Both the position numbers and the translations under genes were made by a program. Below, in pieces: positions 9,810 to 21,640 of a DNA stretch of 64,000 bases. Numbering within the stretch: position 1 is the first letter of the stretch; every line of letters begins with the position of its first letter. The notes below the pieces were generated by a model, which did not search any database, had not been told where the DNA came from, and saw only the letters and a list, made by a program, of their open reading frames with translations. The DNA comes from Malacoraja senta (taxonomy: Eukaryota): assembly GCA_038087875.1 (NCBI GenBank), contig JAXLNO010000293.1, positions 124,001 through 188,000 on the forward strand, given 5' to 3'.

Positions 9810-12800
9810 ATGGCTTCGAAAGACAGGTTCGATAGATTAACCGAGGAGGTAGTTTGTCCCACCTGCATGGATTTCTTCACCGATCCGGTTACACTGGAGT
9901 GTGGGCACAACTTCTGCCGCTCCTGTATCACACAGAGTTGGGACATGGAGGAGAGAAACTCCTGCCCAGATTGTAGAGAGGAGTTTACAGACCGCACCTT
10001 CGGGGTTAGTCGGGCCTTGGCGAGACTGTCTGAGAAAGCTCGAACACTGAGCCCGAATCGGACAGAGAAGGAAAGTGAACTTCAGTGCGCGGAACATCAG
10101 GAAGAACTGAAGCTGTTTTGTGAAACTGACAAGAAGCTGATCTGTGTGATTTGTGCAACTGGGCGGGAACACAAGTCTCACAGCTTCATACCGGTTAAAG
10201 AAGCTGTTGAAACCTACAAGGTAAAAGCAAACCAATTTTGATCGCATCATTGTTTAATTCCATCTTTCTTGTCTAACAATTTAATTATCTGATTCCCAAA
10301 CTCAATCCCAGGATCAGATTAAAGCTTCCATCGAATCCCTCACGAAAAATAAATCAGGGTTCCAGCGAATGAAGCAGCAACAGAAACACAAGATTTCTGG
10401 AGTTCTGGTGAGGCTTTCCAGGTTGGATTTCCTGATCTTGTGTAGATTTGATCCCTGTGATGCGTGTAATAATATGACAGCGTAGTGACACAAGTAGTGC
10501 CTGTCGCCTAGTTCTGATGACCGGGTTCGATCTTGACTTCGGGTGCTGCCCGTGTGGTTCACGCCTTCTCCCGCGTCGGATTCCTTCCAAATCCAAAAGA
10601 CACACCGGTTGGATAATCAATCGAAGATTATAAATCATCCGTGAAAATAGGTAGTGGACAAATCAATGGGAATTAAAGGGGACGTGGATGGGAATGGGCG
10701 GCAGGGGATTGGATGAGGGGAATGGGATTGAGGGGAATGTGTTTCTCTCTGTGTGACATTTCCGAATCATTTAGAAAAGCTGTTGAATTCTCGAGATAAT
10801 TAAAGCTATCTATTCAATGAAAGTAAATGGGATTGGTGAGGATGGCCAGTATGGATATGGTGGGTGGAATGGAGTTTTCCTGCGTTCTACGCCCGGATAT
10901 CGATTGGCCAAATAATACTTTCCATGTCGTGAGGAAACACAATACAGTGACATGTTGATCTTCACCTTTCATTTCACAGAAACAGTCACACAACCTTCAA
11001 TCACAGATCACACCCCAGTTTGCTGAACTGCACCAAATTCTCACTGAGAAAGAGCAGCGCGCACTGGCTGATATCCGGGAGGAAGAGAAGAAGATTCTGA
11101 ATAGAATGGAGAAAAAATCTTCAAGAGATCCAAGAGAATTTAAATTCTATTGAGAACGAAGTCAAAAGCTTACAGGAACTGCTGGATCTAAAAGACAACG
11201 TGTCATTTTTGAAGGTGAGGGGTTACACTACAGTTTTGGTGAGGTGAAAGTGTACATTCACACAATGGTGGGTGACATTTGTGAAATAAATGCCACATTT
11301 ACCAGTGATTCAGAACTGGGTCAATCTTCCCTCTGTCCCAGCAATGTGCTGCTGTTGTTCCAAACTAAATGGTTTCCCTCATAATCTATGGGAGCTCAGC
11401 ACTGCCTGCAAGCTCCTTGGGAAAGAGTTGCTGTAATCTCAGTTGGGAAAGAGGAATTATCAAAGGCTTGTAGCAAACTATGTGAAATTCCCAAAGTCGT
11501 GACGAGGAAAGTCCATCTCAATTAATTGCGATTTGTGTTTTATTTCTTGCAGGAGGAAGCTGGTTGCAAGATGAGGTAGGACATGCTCCGGCCTGAAAGT
11601 TTTTGTAGAACAGCTCAAAAACATGTTGTTGCTCGATTTATAACCAGTCCTTAAATATTTGCAGGGTTGGTGATGACGCCAAATCACTGTCAGTTGTAGA
11701 TGGTGCCTTGCCGATCGAAAGATTTGATAACCCTTTTATGCTCAACACCGTATTAAGAGAAATAATTGATGTCATAAAGCAAGGTAAATCTTAATCCCTT
11801 TCTCTTGTAGTTGTTTGATATCTTTACGTAACACTTCGATGCAAAGGTTGATGTAATGAATGGATTGAAGGGAAATCAGATTCATCTATGCTGGGAAGCA
11901 TCACAGTCAGAGAGTAATGCAGCACAGAAATTGGCCCTTTGAGTGCACTCGCCAATGTCGACCAAGTTTCCCAAGTTAGCCCCACTCGTCTGCGTCTGGC
12001 CCATATCCTTCCGTCGTTCCTATACACCTACCTGCCCAAGTGTCTCTTAAATATCGTAATTATACCTGCCCTGACCACTTCCGCTGGCAGTTCATTCCAT
12101 ACTGGAACGACCTGCTTGCTGGAAAAAGCTGCTCTTCAAGTGCCCTTTGGTATTTACTCTCTCACCTGAAACCGATGTCCTCTAGTTTTAGATTGGAAAA
12201 ATACTGCCGCTATTCACCTTATCTGTGCACCTTGTATAAATCTGATACATGTCTATAAAGGCAGCCTGATCGGCTCCAAAGACAAATGTTCCCACCTGCG
12301 CAAGCTCACCTGATCTTCCAGACCCGATAGAATCCTCGTAAATCTTCTTGCAACCTCTCCAGTTTGCCAACAACATTTTGGGTCAAGCACTGTATTTAAT
12401 TTCGTGACATGTGAAAGCATGAGTGACAAACACATTCTTCACCACCCTGTCTGTCACTTTTGCATCTTCCATGGCCCTGTGTACCTGCAGCCCGAGATTT
12501 CTCAGTTCAATAAAGTTCCCCGTTTACTGTGTATGCCCTGCCCTGGTTTGTCTCAGCAAAGTGCATCACCTCACCTTCACATGAATAAATCCCACCTGCC
12601 GTTCCTGAGCCCAGTGGCCCAGTTCACAGGTATCGCATTTAATCTCAGATAACCTTCTTCACTCTCTACAATGTCACCAGTTTTAGCTCCATCTACAAAC
12701 TGACTAACCGTGCAACCTATATACACACCCAATAGTGTTAATAAATAAGGAACAGCAGTGGACTCTGTCTCCAGTCTGAAAAACGACCCTCTACCAACAT

Positions 12801-15321
12801 CCTCTGCCTGCGACCTTCTGGTAAATGTTGTATTCCATCGGCTAGTTCACCCGGATTCCATGAGATCCAACCTTCCAGAGCGGCCTCTCTTGCGGTGTGT
12901 AGATGTTAAATCTCTCAGAGGGCAGTGAGTATCTGGCATATGGTTCCCACGATGGTGGTGAAAAGCTGATTTATTGGATATCTGCAACGTGGCTAAAATA
13001 AATATTTGATAGATGTAAAAATTAAGATTATGGGGAACTCACACAGAAGAGGAATTGGTGCCATCTTAGATCACTCATGATCACATTGAATAGAGGGGCA
13101 AGCCTGAGGAGCGGATCCTAATCCTGCTGTTTTCTTGTGTTCATATGCTCCTGTGTACCAATAAATTGACAGACTTGACACAGAGGAAATACAGCAAAGG
13201 TTAACAATACTTGTTTCTGGGACAATGAGTTTGCTGAGCGGGGTGAGATTGAGTAGACTAGGCCTGTGTACTCGAGAGTTTGGGTGTATAGGAGGAGATC
13301 TCAGTGAAACACAAAATTCTTAGAGGGCTTAGTGGGCAGGATGCAGGGAGAATGTTATCCCCTGTCCGAGTGGTCTGGAGAACGGGCACCCTCTCAGAAT
13401 GTGGGCTGCACCATGTAGGACAGAGATAAGGAGACATTACTGCACGCAGAGACTGTGAAACCTTTGGAATTTCCTACGCCGGTGACCGAGATTACTCGGT
13501 CATTCAGTGCTCTTGGAGCTGAGAGCCATGGTTGTACATTACAGTATCAGGCCCTTCGGCACATAACGTCTATGACCACCTTTTCCCCAGCTACAGTAAT
13601 AGATTTGCTCACATTACATCGGTATTTTTCTGCACCTCACCTATTTGTGCCTCAAATATAGTGATTATATCTCACTCCACCACCTCCTCTGTAGCATGTT
13701 CCAGATATCACCCACTCTCAGTGTAAAGACAACTTCCAACAGACCCACTTTAAAATTCTTTGCTCTAAAAATAAACCTGCACTCTCTTAATCTGATATCC
13801 ATGCATGCGAATACGATTTTGATAATTTACCCGATATCCTGCTGCAGATTTTGCAAACCTTCCCTGCTATCCACATTTTTTGCGTCCTGCACAAACTTAT
13901 AATCACACCTCCTACATTCACATCCAAGCCATGAACATAGAACATAAACAGCAAAGGTTGCAGCACCGATCTCTGCTGCACTCTACCAGTCACAGACCTC
14001 CAAGCAGAAAATCACTTCTACCGCTATCTTCTACCTTCCACCACCAAGCCAATTTTGGATCCATTTCACCAGCTCCCCTTGGATTCCACCTCCCTTCACT
14101 TTCTGGACCAGGCTTACATGCGAAACATTGTCAAGTTCCTCAGTTAAGTTCATATATTGGTTCACAATGAGATCAGTGTGCTCTTGTACACACGCATCAA
14201 ATCCACCCGTGAATCCCCTCTCTTTCAGCGACCTTACAACTACAACTCTCCACCCATATGTCTATCACCCGATCATTCAACCTCTGCTTCCTTCCAAGGT
14301 CCAAGCCACCCCTCCCTCTCTCTCACACTCCACTCAAACAAGGTCAGATCATCTGGCCCCGCATGTCTCCCCCCATTCACTATGATCATGGTGATTCCAC
14401 CCCACACCTCTACCTCCTCTTTAACAACCTCAAATTACCACTCACCTCAGATATGTTCGTGCTCAAATATGCCTCCATATCTGAATAGCCCTCTTCATTA
14501 CTCCATCCCCACCGCAATCTCGCAATCTCGCAATCCTCCCCACTCTCCGCACTCATCCTTCCCGTCCACGCTCCCCCGCCTCACGGAATTCCCCACTCCA
14601 TTCCGGATAAAAGCTCATGGAGAGATGTCTGTTGTCCATCCGATGTGGTTGTGGGTGGAACCCGGGCAAGGTTTCCGTTGTCCACCCGCCTATGAATGAG
14701 GCCGAGCGGCTTCACCGCCGGACCCGGGCCGCGTTGCCCGAGTCTCCCCCCGACCCCCGAGGACTCTCTGATTCTCTGCTTCTCCCCCCAGTCTCCGTCA
14801 CCCTGGATGTGGAAACAGCGCATCCGGAGCTCGAGGTGTCTGAGGATCGAATGAGCGTGAGACTGACCCGGACCCGGAGGAGTCTCCCTGACACCGTCAA
14901 AAGGTTTGCAGTCTGGCCGTATGTGCTGGGATCGGAGGGATTCACATCGGGGAGACATTACTGGGAGGTGGAGGTGACGGGGGGTCGCGGATGGTGTCTG
15001 GGAGTTGCCGCATAGTCAGTGGCGAGGAATATATGTGTCACACTGAGCCCAGAGACTGGATTCTGGAGCATCAGGCGGTGGGTTGACGAGTTTGATACAC
15101 TCACCTCCCCTCCATCCCCTCTCCCCGCCCGTCTCTTCCCCGGGAGGGTGGGTGTTTATCTCAGTTACGAGTCCGGGACAGTTTCATTTTACGACGCGGA
15201 CACCTAGTCCAATCTCCACACCTTCACTGGGAATAAATTCACGGAGAAACTTTATCCTTTCTTCGAAACTTGGGACATAAACTGGTTGAGAATCTGCTCC
15301 GGTTCCGCTCCTGGTGTGTAA
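9810..15321 (+). pseudogene. TRIM RING-B-box2-coiled-coil-PRY/SPRY E3 ligase pseudogene (TRIM27/39, nuclear factor 7/A33-like); exons 9810-10220, 10312-10407, 10980-11214, 11553-11575, 11665-11783, 14792-15321
   Basis: RING (CPTC..CGHNFCRSC..CPDC), B-box (CAEH..FCETD..CVIC..H..H), typical 96-bp and 23-bp internal exons with GT-AG sites, PRY/SPRY ([44 protein letters not shown]). Lesions: extra A in A6 at 11112-11117 (exon is 235 bp), TAG at 15013-15015 and TAG at 15205-15207. AATAAA at ~15460 and ~15497. Confidence 0.92.
11910..14130. mobile_element. Several old CR1-type LINE fragments in TRIM intron 5
   Basis: Degenerate similarity to CR1 RT and 3' UTR (e.g. minus-strand VQQRSVLQPLLFMFYVHGLD at 13787-13993). 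Boundaries approximate. Confidence 0.6.
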
Positions 15322-15574
15322 AACGGTCGGGTCCCGGGACCGGCGTCAGGAGCGGGGCTCAGGGGCTGTGGGGCAGAAACCCGGTGGACAACAGGTCGGC
15401 GCTGAACGGCTCCCATTTAATCCCCAAATTCCGCGTCGTAAAACCCCGGTGAGCGCGGAAATAAATCCGGGGGGAATGTAAATGTGGGAAGAGTGAAATA
15501 AACAGCAACTGAAATCAGAGCTGTCTGTCGATCCGTTCATTTCAACGCGTTAACTGCGTCACATCTTGGTTCCG

Positions 15575-15590
15575 CCACTAGATGGCAGCA
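15575..15590 (+). promoter_or_regulatory. Candidate CTCF binding site
   Basis: CCACTAGATGGCAGCA matches the CTCF core CCASYAGRKGGCRS at every position; lies just 3' of the TRIM polyA signals. Confidence 0.6.
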
Positions 15591-16069
15591 AAGCCACGTG
15601 GTGCGACCACAGACCAGCTGTAACTTTGAGAACTAACTTTGACAATTGCAGAAACAGCGGGAATCTGATTTAATAAGTGACTTTTGCGACCTGTTACCAC
15701 ACCTGCGGCTCAAACCAAATGCACGGCTTAAAATGTGGAATAAAAGCAGACATTGCCCCAAATGATCAGCAGGTCAGGCAGCATCTGCAAGATGAAACAG
15801 ACCTTACATTTCAGATCTAATACTGATGACGAATGGTGTTCAACCTGAGTCATTAACTCTGTTTCTCTCTCCACAGACGCTACAGTCCAGCTGAGTATTT
15901 CTCGCATCTCATTTTATATTTTCAGCATCTGCCAATTCCAGAGATGACGCCTGACCCGCTGAGTTACTCCGGCACTTTGTGTCTACCTCTCCAAACCTTT
16001 CCAATCTGTGTGTCTGCCCTAATTTCTTTTCATTGTTGTCCATTTGGGAATGCTTGTGCCTCAGATGGG

Positions 16070-16272
16070 TATTAGGGTGCCGTCTGTACGGAGTATGTAC
16101 GTTCTCCCCGTGACCTGCGTGGGTTTTCACCGGGTGCTCCGGTTTCCACCCACAGTCCAAAGACATTCGGTAAAACTGTAAATTGTCCTTACTGTGTGTG
16201 GGATAGAGCTGTTGAGCAGGGATCGGTGGTCGGTGCGGATTCGGTGGGCCGAAGGAACTGTTTCCGTGCTAT
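16070..16272 (+). mobile_element. tRNA-derived SINE, partial
   Basis: Core ctgtacggagtatgtacgttctccccgtgacctgcgtgggttt shared with copies at 18350, 30250 and 51590. Confidence 0.7.
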
Positions 16273-16304
16273 ATAGAGGAAGATAATAAAGAAGAAGCGG
16301 TTTT

Positions 16305-16478
16305 GACTTTTAGCCTTCTATCACAGTGAGGAATGTTGGGAATCCGCTGTGGTGGATGTTTATGTTAACTTTTATGCACTTGTGTGTCTTGTTGCTTTTT
16401 TTGGTGTGGTGGTATGGTAATTCGCAGATCACGGTACCTTAATTGGTACATGTGACAATAAAAGACGTTTGAAACCTA
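16305..16478 (+). mobile_element. 3' fragment of the GC-rich non-autonomous retroposon family
   Basis: cacagtgaggaatg..tgtggtggatgtttatgtta..taattggtacatgtgacaataaa matches the reverse complement of 32735-32890. Confidence 0.7.
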
Positions 16479-16687
16479 TATCTCTAAAACTTGCTAAAGT
16501 TTACTTGGAGAATTTAATGCTTTCGTTCTAGCTCTCGTTCAGACCATATTTGTTTCTGATTATCGTGTAATCAGGATATATTATGCCATTTGCCAGCCTG
16601 ATTCTCTCCTCATTTATACCTCAATCATCCCCATTAACATCTTCAGACTTTAAACTCAAAGCTTGTCACTAACTGATTTCTGAATAT

Positions 16688-16930
16688 AGACACAAAAGGC
16701 TGGAGGAAATCTGCGGGACATGCAGCATCTCTAGAGAGAATGAATGGGTAACGTTTCGGATCGATCCCTTCTTCAGACTCTATCTTCGACTTAACCCAGC
16801 ATCTGCAGTTCCTTCCTACACACGGGTCGATTCTGACCGTTTGAAGAAGGGTCTTGACCCGAAACGTCATCCAATCTTTCTCTCCAGAGATGCTGCCTGT
16901 CCCGGTGAGTTACACCAGCTCTTTGTGTTC
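16688..16930. repeat. Inverted pair of Penelope-type terminal repeats, each with a hammerhead-like motif
   Basis: 16688-16777 is the approximate reverse complement of 16841-16930; both contain (C/T)TGAAGAAGGG..CCGAAACGT. Confidence 0.7.
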
Positions 16931-17771
16931 ATATTCGGTTTAAACCAGCACTTACAGTTCCTTCCTACACATACCGACTGATTATTGTTCACTTCAGCTT
17001 TGATGGCAACTGGTATAATGGAAGCAAGACTCTTGCAAGGCCTCGAATAAACAAAGCTCTATTGTTCTGCTAAACCGATATCCATGATTGCCCCAAGCCG
17101 ACCTACAGCCGTTTATTAATTGGTAGCCTTAATTCTGGGCTGTGAAAATCTCCTGTAACTGGAACTTATCCTGTCATCCTGAAGTTAAGTTCAGTTGAGT
17201 TTATTGTCACGTGTACCGAGGTAGAGTAAAAAGCTTTTGTTGCGTGCTAACCAGTCAGCAGAAAGACATACATGATTACAATCGAACCATTGACAGTGTA
17301 TAGATACATGATAAGGGAATAATGTTTAGCGCAAGGTAACGCCAGCAAAGGCTGATCAAGGAAAGCTTGAGGGTGTACAGATACAGGATAAAGGGAATAA
17401 CGTCTATAGCAAGATAAAGTCCAGTAAAGTCTGATTAAAGATAGTCCAAGTTCAGTTCCAAGTATTTAACATAGAACATAGAATAGTACAGCACAGAACA
17501 GACCATTGTTTAGTTTCTTAAGATTTACACAAAATGGTGGAGTAACTCAGTGGTACAGGCAACATCTCTAGATAGAAGAAATGGGTGACGTTTCAGGTCG
17601 AGTTTAGTTTAGAAATACAGCGCGGAAAAGGGCCCTTTGGCCCACCGAATCCACGCTGACCAGCGATCCCCGCCCAATTACACTATCCTAAACACACTCG
17701 GGACAATTTACAATGATTCCAAGCTAATTAACGTACGTCTTTGGAGTGTCTGGAATTCACTGGATGTTTTA

Positions 17772-18115
17772 CCACCAGGTGGCTGCGAACAATCGCTGCC
17801 TCGACAACGGTCGGTCTTTGTCTTTTTCCTTCTTTGTGTTTTTGTTTGTTGTAAATTGTATGTTTTAGTTTATCTTTCGTTTTGTGTTGTGTGTGTGGGG
17901 GGGGGGGGGGGTGGGGGGGGAGGATACGCTTAAAAAAAATCTCTTTCCTTGACGGAGATGTGACTTTTTCTGTGTCTTATTTCCGTGGATGTTTATGTCA
18001 ACATTTTATGTAGTTGTGTGTCTTGTTCTTTTTTATTTGTTTGATTGTATGGCAACCAAATTCCTCGTATGTTGCAAAAGATACTTGTCTAATAAATTAC
18101 AATTATGATTATGAT
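17772..18115 (+). mobile_element. GC-rich non-autonomous retroposon, internally deleted copy
   Basis: Head ccaccaggtggctgc..gctgcctcgacaac, poly-G, gacggagatgtgactttt, 3' gtggatgtttatgt..aataaa plus (attatg)n tail. Confidence 0.65.
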
Positions 18116-18349
18116 TAACTCTCTGCAGCTTCTCTCTTGACAGACGCTAACCGTCCTGCAGAGTATTTCTTGGATCTTATGTCTTTATTTTGGATTTTCA
18201 CCATCTGCGTGTATTAAAGTTTTTCCAGTTAAATGGGTGATTGGAACGTGAGTCTGGCCATAAAATGCCAACAAAAAACAGAACACGTTGTCGGCATTCA
18301 GCAGGTCGGGCAGCGTACAGTATCTGGAAATGGAAGGGTTCATATTTCT

Positions 18350-18662
18350 GAGGTAATATGGAGCAGCAATTTGAACCCCTGCCCCACGGGGCCAGAGACC
18401 CGGGTTCAATCCTGACCATGTTCACTGTTCGGAGCGTGCACATTCTCCCTGTGACCGCGTGGGTTTCCTCCGGGTGCTCCGATTTTCTCCCACATTCAAA
18501 AGACATGCGGGTTTGTAGGGTAATTGGCCCTCTGTAAATTGCCCCAAGTATGTTGGGAGTGAACGGGAAGGTGGGATAACAGAGACCAAGTGTTAATTGG
18601 TGATGGATGGTCGATGTGGACTCGGTGGGTCGAAGGGCCTACTTCCATGCTGTATCTCTAAA
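18350..18662 (+). mobile_element. tRNA-derived SINE
   Basis: B-box-like gggttcaatcc, conserved core, CR1-like 3' end (ggtcgaagggcctacttccatgctgtatctct). Confidence 0.75.
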
Positions 18663-18987
18663 GCAAAGTGAGCTCCGCTCTGGTCAGAAAATCAACCTTG
18701 CATTGCCGCTCAACAGATAAAACAAGACGCCATCAATACAGCACAGGAACAGGCCCTTCAACCCAGAATGTCTAGCTTATGGAAGGACCATTCAGAAGCC
18801 TGATAACAGAGGGGAGGAGGCTGTTCCAGAGACTGGTAGTAGGCGCTTTCAAGATTATGTTCCTTCTGCCCGACAAGAACAGTGAGAAGAAGGAATGACC
18901 GGGGTAGAACAACTATTTGATTATGTTGGCTGCTTTTCCATGATGAGGGATGATCTTAGAAGAGATACTTGTCCCCCCATCTCTTAC

Positions 18988-19256
18988 AGGGAAGACCCAT
19001 CAGTAGTGATGACTCTGTTGGGTCCTAGTGCTCCCCACCACCAACAGGGAAGATCGATCAGTAGTGATGAATCTGCTGGGTCATAGTTCCCCCCCCCCCA
19101 CCCCCCACTCCTACAGGGCAGTCCCATCAGTAGTGATGACTCTGCTGGGTCCTAGTGCTCCCCCGCTCCAACAGGGAAGATCCATCAGTAGTGATGACTC
19201 TGCTGGGTCCTAGTGCTCCCCCCCTCCAACAGGGAAGATCCATCAGTAGTGATGGG
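18988..19256. repeat. Minisatellite, ~58-bp unit x ~4.5
   Basis: Unit agggaagatccatcagtagtgatgactctgctgggtcctagtgctccccccctccaac starts at 18988, 19046, 19115, 19173, 19231. Confidence 0.92.
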
Positions 19257-19508
19257 TCTCCCCCTTCCCCGTCTTTTAATCGGGTTACCCCGACAGCACA
19301 CCCGCCAGTTAAAATTCCCCGCTTTATTGTGGATCACAATTTCTACGAATTACGATATATAAAACTATGTAGGCTCACACAAAATGTGAATGCTAGTCTT
19401 CACAAAATATATGCAAACATTTTCTGAGATTTCAATAAATTCCCGGCCCCCCTCCTTCGGCTCCCGGACCCCCTTTTGGAATCCGGGCCCGGGTACGATG
19501 TACGGTAC

Positions 19509-19820
19509 CCAGGGCCGGCCTTAGGCCGATTGGACCGATTTTTCCAAATTGGGCCTCGCGCCCAAGGGGGGGGGGGGCGCGTTAATTTCCGTATTTCATA
19601 TGGAAATACAAATTCGCTTTGTTAAATAAAGATTAAAAAAAAACATTTGCCATACGGATTTTTTTAATAAAACGATCATGGATAACAACCGCTGTGAATA
19701 ATAAACGATGGGTTAACTGCTACTGTAGCGGGTAACAGCCAGCAGTTAACAAGTAGATATACAATGGGTCATCAATGCATCGATCCACATTCCTCAGTAA
19801 ATGCGTTATATTGTGTCACT
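19509..19820 (+). mobile_element. Possible hAT-type non-autonomous DNA transposon left end
   Basis: Begins CAGGGCCGGCCTTAGG, resembling hAT MITE termini; partner terminus not found. Confidence 0.3.
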
Positions 19821-20285
19821 CGCTGCGGCCGGAGCGGCCGATACTCTGGTCTGGACCCGGGGGGGGGGGAGACTCTGGTCTGGACCCGGGGGGGGGGGGG
19901 TATGGGAGTCTACTTGGCAGCAAGCCCCAGCACCGCAGCGAACTCAGCCGTGAGTATTCAACGCAAAACGCCGGGAGCGGGCAGGCGGGCGGTGTGTGCG
20001 TGAGAGAGGGGGGGGGGGGGGCGAGAGAGGTTCAGATTTGTATGAAATCGGCGGCGTACCGGCCCGCTCTTGGTCGCGGGGGATAGAGTTAAAAGACCTG
20101 AAGCAGAAACGAAAGACAACAGGCCGGATAAGTTCGAGAGGGAGAATCTGTGGATAAACAGATCTGGGGGTTTTGTTAACTCGTTCGGTGCCGGTACAAC
20201 AGCAGACCAGGTTGGAGGTTTGAGTCTGTGTTAACATTGGTGTCGGGGTTAATGTCCGGGCCGGGGTACAGGTGGGATTTAACCC

Positions 20286-20577
20286 TGTGTGTGTCTGTCT
20301 GTGTGTCTGTCTGTGTGTGTCAGTCTGTGTCTGTGTGTGTCTGTATGTGTCTGTGTGTGTTTGTCTGTGTGTGTGTGTCTCTGTCTGTCTGCATGTGTGT
20401 GTCTGTCTGTCAGTATGTGTGTGTCTGTCTGTGTGTGTGTGTGTGACTCTGTGTCTGTGTATGTTTCTGTGTGTGTGTGTGTGTGTGTGTGTCTTTGTGG
20501 CTGTGTTTTTCTGTGTCTCTGTGCCTGTGTTTGTGTGTCTCTATCTGCGAGTGTGTCCCTGTCTGTGTATGTGTGTG
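20286..20577. repeat. Degenerate (GT)n/(GTCT)n microsatellite
   Basis: Visible directly. Confidence 0.95.
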
Positions 20578-20768
20578 GGGGCAGTGGAGAGACAGAGAGG
20601 GGAGATTTTCAGTTGCAAACCACACTTTTTCAGTTAAGAGTTGGACACGATTACTGTCAATACGAGCAGCTCACGGAGCAGAGTCAGAATTAGAAACAAT
20701 GCTCGGCTCTCACACACACACTCGTGGAGTGAACTGTGGATATAAACGTGGCTGGGGGTAGAGGATTG

Positions 20769-21064
20769 GGGGGGAGGGAGAGGGAGAGAGAGAGGGAATT
20801 TGAGAGAGGAGAGAGAGGAAGGGGAGAGAAAGGGAGAGAGAGAGGGGGGAGAGAGAGAGAAGAAATTGGAGAGAGAGAGAGAGAGAGGAAAGGGTGAGAG
20901 GGAGAGAGGGGGGAGAGAATTGGAGAGAGAAGGGGAGAGAGAGAGGGGGGAGAGTGAGAGGGGGAGAGAGAGAGAGAGGGGGGAGAGAGAGAGAGGGGGA
21001 GAGAAGGGGAGAGAGAGAGGAAGGGGGAGAGAAGGGGAGAGAGAGAGAATTGGAGAGAGAGAGA
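20769..21064. repeat. Polypurine (GA/GGA)-rich tract
   Basis: About 300 bp almost entirely G/A on +. Confidence 0.95.
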
Positions 21065-21640
21065 TAGTTCTCCCTTCTGCCTCACCACCACTGTTGGCTG
21101 CCCTTTGTGAGGTGATTGGAGACTAAAACCAGTTACCCTTTAGATCTCCCTCTCACTACCTCCCTCCCCCTCCCTCTCCCTCCTTCTCTAGAGACGGGGG
21201 AGGATGAGGGAAGGGGGAGAGGGCGGAGTGGAGAGAGGACTGTGCCTTGCTTGGTGGAGAAGAGGGATGTGGGAACGCTGTACGCAGGAGGTGACTCACT
21301 CTCACACTAGGATCCCCCCCGCCGTCATTGCGCAGTCTATCTGACTCCCTGCACCCCCCCCCCCTCTATGGAGCGAAGGAAATATGCAACGTTTCGGGTC
21401 GAAACCCTTCTTCAGACCCGGCCCGAAACGTTGGCTATTTCCTTCGCTCCATAGATGCTGCCTCAAGCCCTGTCCTACTGTGCGAGTTCACCCAAGAGCT
21501 CTCCCGAGTTTAAAATCTCTGTGTAGCATCTCTATCCCCATCTTCAAATTCCCACTTTGAAATAAAATTCAATTTTCGACTTAAATATTTCGTAGCAGGA
21601 ACGCGATTAGTCGATTCCCACGCATTTCAATCATCGTTCG

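Noticed and set aside
18988..19256. Regular repeats resembling a CRISPR array (also 27680-28146 and 52322-52553)
   Set aside because: Units are contiguous with no unique spacers, there are no cas genes, and the context is vertebrate; these are minisatellites.
20228..21126. Cys/Val-rich, Glu/Arg-rich and Ser/Leu/Pro-rich ORFs
   Set aside because: Translations of GT and GA microsatellites.
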